Origin: Cyanobacteria bacterium P01_F01_bin.150
GTDB lineage: Bacteria > Cyanobacteriota > Cyanobacteriia > CAKZMO01
Reading direction: 5' to 3'
DNA length: 64,000 nucleotides
NCBI GenBank assembly: GCA_039189765.1
Contig: JBCCYL010000014.1
Location: 1 to 64,000, forward strand
Below are positions 59,703 through 64,000 of this stretch, one piece after another (position 1 is the first letter of the stretch; each line of letters starts with the position of its first letter). Position numbers and translations under genes: made by a program. The notes under the pieces were generated by a model. That model ran no database searches. It was not told where the DNA came from and worked only from the letters and a program-made list of their open reading frames with translations.

Positions 59703-60656
59703 TCATAATTTCACAAATTTTTCTCCCGTTTGGTTCGTTGTTATAATGCCAATAACAATCAAAAACATACTAAAAATATGAACAGGCACAATTGCCTCGC
59801 CTAGAAAAATCCATGCAAAAATCCCACTGAAGATGGGAATTAGGTAATAGGTTAAAGCTGTACGAGAAGGACCAATTAAATCAATCGCTTTATTCCATGC
59901 AAGAAATGCAACTACTGATGAGAGAACTCCCACATAAATTAAGGCAAGTATAATGGAAGCATTAAAGTTAACAGGATGATAAATTAAACATTCAAGTGCG
60001 TAAAAAGGTGCTAAAAATAGTAGTCCTAAACAAAACGTGGAAAAAGTGAAAGTTATCATCCGTATAGCACGAGGCTTACGCTTCACAAGCATAGTGTAAA
60101 TGGCAAAAATTAATGCTGCTGCTAGCATGTAGAGGTCACCAATTGCGAAAGAAGCACTCAACAAATTACCTAGGGAACCCTCTGTAATTAACAGAACAAC
60201 ACCAACCAAGACAATTAATATGCCTCTGGTCTGCTTTACAGAAAAGGCTTCATTATAAAAGAGCCGAGACATAATCACAACAAAAATAGGTGAAGCAGCA
60301 GCAATTAAAGCCAAGTTAATTGCTTGAGATGTATGGCCAGCCATATATATCAAAGTATTAAAAACGGTGACACCTAATAATGCAGATATAGACAAATAGG
60401 GAAGATTTATTTGCAGTGATTTCCAGTCTTTGATTGTTGTCCAGATAGCAAATGGCCCTAAAGATACAGTCGCAATTGTCCATCGCCAAAATGCTAGACC
60501 TACAGGCAGGATACTCTCGTGTAAAGCTCTGGCAATAATGAAGTTACCTGCCCAAATCAGAGTAGTAACTATTGCTAAGAGATATCCAATGAGTAAAGAT
60601 TTAAGCGGCACTTGGCTTTGCATCTGCTTAGATACTTTTAAGATTTTCTGTTCCAT
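59703..60656 (-). CDS. DMT/EamA family exporter
   Basis: IWAGNFIIAR, LAFWRW, two EamA repeats, IGPSRTA..YYLIPIF...FLGE. Confidence 0.92.
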   Translation of the reverse strand: MEQKILKVSKQMQSQVPLKSLLIGYLLAIVTTLIWAGNFIIARALHESILPVGLAFWRWTIATVSLGPFAIWTTIKDWKSLQINLPYLSISALLGVTVFNTLIYMAGHTSQAINLALIAAASPIFVVIMSRLFYNEAFSVKQTRGILIVLVGVVLLITEGSLGNLLSASFAIGDLYMLAAALIFAIYTMLVKRKPRAIRMITFTFSTFCLGLLFLAPFYALECLIYHPVNFNASIILALIYVGVLSSVVAFLAWNKAIDLIGPSRTALTYYLIPIFSGIFAWIFLGEAIVPVHIFSMFLIVIGIITTNQTGEKFVKL

Positions 60657-61372
60657 TCGGTCCTGTCACTTTGTCGTAGGAAATTGATAACCCATCTTGC
60701 AATTAACTGAGCATCATCTTCATCCTCTAGAGAGCGTAAACCAATCAACAGCGTCTCTTCTTCGATAACACCTTTTCGACTCAGCATTAATGCTTGCGTA
60801 TAAGCCTTTCGGTGTTCTGGATGTCCTTGAAAAGTTAATACAGAAGTGCCGTATTTCAAAACACTATAGGGACAAAAGGTATTACCTGCGATTAGTTTAG
60901 CATTTTCGGGTAAATTAACTACTTGATCTTGATGACTAACTAGTAGTTTAAAGGTCTTAGCAAAAGGTAGCATCCAAGTTTCCTCTTCATATACCTTGTT
61001 CTCTGCCAGCCCAATTCCCCAGCCTTTAGAAGACTTAGATACTAATCCGCCAAGGGTTTGTGCAATTATTTGGTGGCCAAAACAAATCCCTATTATTTTT
61101 TTTGTGGATTGCGTATAGAGATTACGAATAAACTGTGAGAGTGTATATACCCAAGGAGTTTGATCATAGGCACTCGCTTTACTGCCAGTAATTATATAAG
61201 CATCACACTCAGCAATGTCTTGTGGATAAATTTCCTGTACTACATCGTAGCGTCTAAATAAAAGCTCCTTTTCTGCCTGATATAACCATGATTCAACCAT
61301 GTCACCATAGCTACCAAACTCACCGATAAAATCTTGCGCTACTTGATCAGCTTCCAGTATTCCTATCCGCAT
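60638..61372 (-). CDS. Class I glutamine amidotransferase-like protein
   Basis: IITGS, GICFGHQ (Cys) and QGHPE (His-Glu) triad. Confidence 0.9.
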   Translation of the reverse strand: MRIGILEADQVAQDFIGEFGSYGDMVESWLYQAEKELLFRRYDVVQEIYPQDIAECDAYIITGSKASAYDQTPWVYTLSQFIRNLYTQSTKKIIGICFGHQIIAQTLGGLVSKSSKGWGIGLAENKVYEEETWMLPFAKTFKLLVSHQDQVVNLPENAKLIAGNTFCPYSVLKYGTSVLTFQGHPEHRKAYTQALMLSRKGVIEEETLLIGLRSLEDEDDAQLIARWVINFLRQSDRTEWNRKS

Positions 61373-61412
61373 ATAATTTCTTATAACTATCACAAAAGTA
61401 TTTTTCTTCTAT

Positions 61413-62249
61413 CTATTGTGCTGGAATATGAGGCACTTTTTGTAGCCCCAGAGACTTTCTTATCCACAGGAAAAAGTCATGATGAGGTTTGCGGCTACGA
61501 TGTCTATACATTACACTATTGCCTACTTGAGGATGGCATTGGATAGAGTGATTTCCAGTTTCAAACTCTTCAATAATTTTGAATAGCTTAAGCATTGCTA
61601 AATGTAGTGCACGACAATATAAATGCTCATCATTATCATGTGGATATATTGGTGGCTTCACAATTTCAATAATTTCACCACCATCCAGTTGAGGTGAAAC
61701 GATATGCACTGTTGCAGCAACCTTAGCATAGTCTGCTTTATAGTAAGCAAAAAAAATACAGTGATTACCTCGATAATCAGGTAAATACCCTCCATGCACA
61801 TTTATCATCAAGTTAGCTGCGTTAATAACTTGCTTAGGAATATACATAGTGCCACATACTATGGTGATGTCGGGTTCAAAGGAATTAATAGCATCTATTG
61901 TTTCTTGAGAGCCTACCCAATCTACAGATGTTAGATTTATATCCTGATCTGTACTATGCATAAGTGGTGAAAAATAATCCCATCGATAGGAACTTTTACC
62001 ACTCAGCTTTTGGCGCTTAATATGCCAGTATCGATATGCCCAATCAACATACTTTGCTTTCTGCCAAAGCCGTTGATGTTGGCTCTTACCTGGCTCGATA
62101 ATAGCGCCTACCAGATTAAACCGGGCTGAAAGCTGTGATACTAAATACTGTTGTTGAGGATCATCAGAGCACAACGCTAGAATACGCAGGCGATCATCGC
62201 CATTTTTGATAAAAGAGTAACTATTGTTTTCAGATTTTTCAATAGACAT
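61413..62249 (-). CDS. N10-formyl-THF-dependent formyltransferase family protein
   Basis: INVHGGYLPDYRG, TVH.V...LDGG.II. Confidence 0.85.
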   Translation of the reverse strand: MSIEKSENNSYSFIKNGDDRLRILALCSDDPQQQYLVSQLSARFNLVGAIIEPGKSQHQRLWQKAKYVDWAYRYWHIKRQKLSGKSSYRWDYFSPLMHSTDQDINLTSVDWVGSQETIDAINSFEPDITIVCGTMYIPKQVINAANLMINVHGGYLPDYRGNHCIFFAYYKADYAKVAATVHIVSPQLDGGEIIEIVKPPIYPHDNDEHLYCRALHLAMLKLFKIIEEFETGNHSIQCHPQVGNSVMYRHRSRKPHHDFFLWIRKSLGLQKVPHIPAQ

Positions 62250-62251
62250 AC

Positions 62252-63721
62252 TTAGGTTTTGGAATAAAAAGAAGTAAAACGATCTGGATGATAGAGTTGA
62301 TGCATGGGATGAAATTCATTGCGAAGTGCTGCTAGCACTGCACTAGCAATTGCGGGTGCTTGTGTAAAGCCTCCGGTATTGTGGCCCCCTGTAATAATTA
62401 GTTTTCCATGATTTACACTCTCAATAGTTTCAAAGACACCTAGGCTTGTAGATGTCCATGGACGTATACAGTATCGACGGCTAGTTTTTAATAACTCCTT
62501 TTCTCTTGCCAGCTCATAGGCATTAGGAAAGTAGTGCTTAATTGAGTCTTCAATGCTGAGGTACATCGCTTCGAGTTGCTCAGGAATAATATTTTCAGGA
62601 TCAAGACCTGTATAGCCATAACCTGAACCAAAAATTAGAACTTCTTCTCCGTGAGACGTTGTAGCTAAGGTGACATTCATATCTTCAGTAATGTGCCCCT
62701 TACGAGCAATCTTTAATGAATGCCTTAGCTTAGGTGATAAATTCGGAATAGTGATCCAGCCACCTAATACACCCTGGATTTTGTTTTCTGCTTGTGTTTC
62801 TTTAAGCATTTTATTTCCATACACACCAGGGGAAATAACATAGTGATCGGATTCAATCATTTGATCACTTAACATCAAGCCAGTAACATTAGCATCACTA
62901 TCTCGAATGATTGCTGTAATTCTAGAGTTCCAAAAACATTTAACATTAGCCTTTTCTAAATAATTCAGCAATTTGCTAATAAATTTATGAATATTCAGAG
63001 TAAAACCAATTACTTCCATCGCACCAGCGACTAATCCATTTTTACAGGCATCTGTTAATGCAGGGTGTTCTTGTATCAGCTCATTGGCTGTTAAAACACG
63101 CTTCAGAGACCCCAGATTCTTATGACGCTTAACACTTTGCCAGTAATGCAACTCATCTGAGTAAAGGCGCAAAATGTCTGCTTTTAGCTCTACATCTTCA
63201 AATAGCTGAGCAGACCCCTGGATCAGGTTTTCCCATAATTGTTGACTTTCATAATTAAAAGAAAAAATGTCTTTGTTATAAACATTTGCTAACCAAGGAG
63301 GCACTGTTTCATATTCATGTATCCAAGTTCTCTCGAAAGTGGACATACTGCTTGTCTTACCAATTACCCATCCATGATTCGATACACTGTGTCTAAATAA
63401 GCTGTTAAAATTGGAGGCATCGGTAAACTTCTTATCGTTATAGTTGTCAGCTTCTGTAAGGGTGAACATCCTTGCATCCCCGCCACTACGACTACACCCA
63501 TACTTTGACCAATGTTCACCCTCCCTAGGATCTGGTGATGCATCATAAATTGTGATAGCATACCCCGCTTCAAGCAAGTAGTAGGCACTTATAAGGTTAA
63601 CAATACCTGCACCAATCAGCGCAATAGTTTCTTTTGATTTTAGTGAAATACTGGTTTTACTAGCAACTCCCGTATTGCTTTGAGTAAGTTTTTTTGTGCT
63701 AATCTGTTCGGCTATAACCAA
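62252..63721 (-). CDS. FAD-dependent oxidoreductase (DAO/amino-acid dehydrogenase-like)
   Basis: IALIGAGIVNL.SAYYL...ITIYD, CIRPWT, TGGHNTGGFTQAP. Confidence 0.82.
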   Translation of the reverse strand: MVIAEQISTKKLTQSNTGVASKTSISLKSKETIALIGAGIVNLISAYYLLEAGYAITIYDASPDPREGEHWSKYGCSRSGGDARMFTLTEADNYNDKKFTDASNFNSLFRHSVSNHGWVIGKTSSMSTFERTWIHEYETVPPWLANVYNKDIFSFNYESQQLWENLIQGSAQLFEDVELKADILRLYSDELHYWQSVKRHKNLGSLKRVLTANELIQEHPALTDACKNGLVAGAMEVIGFTLNIHKFISKLLNYLEKANVKCFWNSRITAIIRDSDANVTGLMLSDQMIESDHYVISPGVYGNKMLKETQAENKIQGVLGGWITIPNLSPKLRHSLKIARKGHITEDMNVTLATTSHGEEVLIFGSGYGYTGLDPENIIPEQLEAMYLSIEDSIKHYFPNAYELAREKELLKTSRRYCIRPWTSTSLGVFETIESVNHGKLIITGGHNTGGFTQAPAIASAVLAALRNEFHPMHQLYHPDRFTSFYSKT

Positions 63722-63733
63722 TAAATTAATATC

Positions 63734-64000
63734 TTAATGAATCGACTCTACTGGCAATACAGTGTATACCGGAACTCCAGCGATCCAAGATGGTTGCTCT
63801 CCTTGCTGTTCATTATGTTTTTGGATAATAAATTGCGCCGAATCAGAAGGCATTTCAGATAGCCAGCATCTCACAACTTCTTCATCAGGCAACTCTTGAG
63901 TGATCAGAATATTTGGTCTGTTCTCAGTCAATACACTAGTTATGAAACGGCTTCCTTTTGTTAGTAAGTCGGGTCGATAGATAATGTTATTGCTAAGAAT
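63734..64000 (-). CDS. C-terminal part of a gene that starts beyond the window
   Basis: The frame of ORF 63734-63931 stays open to base 64000 (ILSNNIIYRPDLLTKGSRFITSVLTENRP...). Confidence 0.7.
   Translation of the reverse strand: MLSNNIIYRPDLLTKGSRFITSVLTENRPNILITQELPDEEVVRCWLSEMPSDSAQFIIQKHNEQQGEQPSWIAGVPVYTVLPVESIH

Overview
This window is cyanobacterial chromosome. It carries psaC, rpsD, proS, moaA and a group-2 sigma factor, has abundant HIP1 GCGATCGC sites and STRR-type heptamers, and is probably from a filamentous strain, though taxonomy cannot be fixed from the sequence alone. About 1-40 kb is mostly core or semi-core: an NsrR-like regulator with a double NsrR-type operator heading a PAS + diflavin-reductase operon, an ECF sigma/anti-sigma pair, a broken azlC, the alternative respiratory terminal oxidase (ARTO) operon, an RTX-tailed vanadium-haloperoxidase-like protein and KtrAB. 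A dispersed ~80-bp hairpin MITE/REP-like element occurs in about 7-8 copies. About 40-64 kb is accessory. It holds a caspase-nSTAND-WD40 NLR-like gene divergent from a Trypco1/CU044_2847-like gene, and a minus-strand run of small unrelated genes with two clear and several eroded integron attC sites but no integrase in the window (CALIN-like). That run is interleaved with four co-oriented copies of a non-coding repeat with a fixed HIP1 ladder and a group II intron 3' remnant. The window ends in an AT-rich putative small-molecule cluster (FAD oxidoreductase, formyltransferase, GATase, EamA) that continues past the edge. All product calls come from motif recognition by eye; no database search was run.
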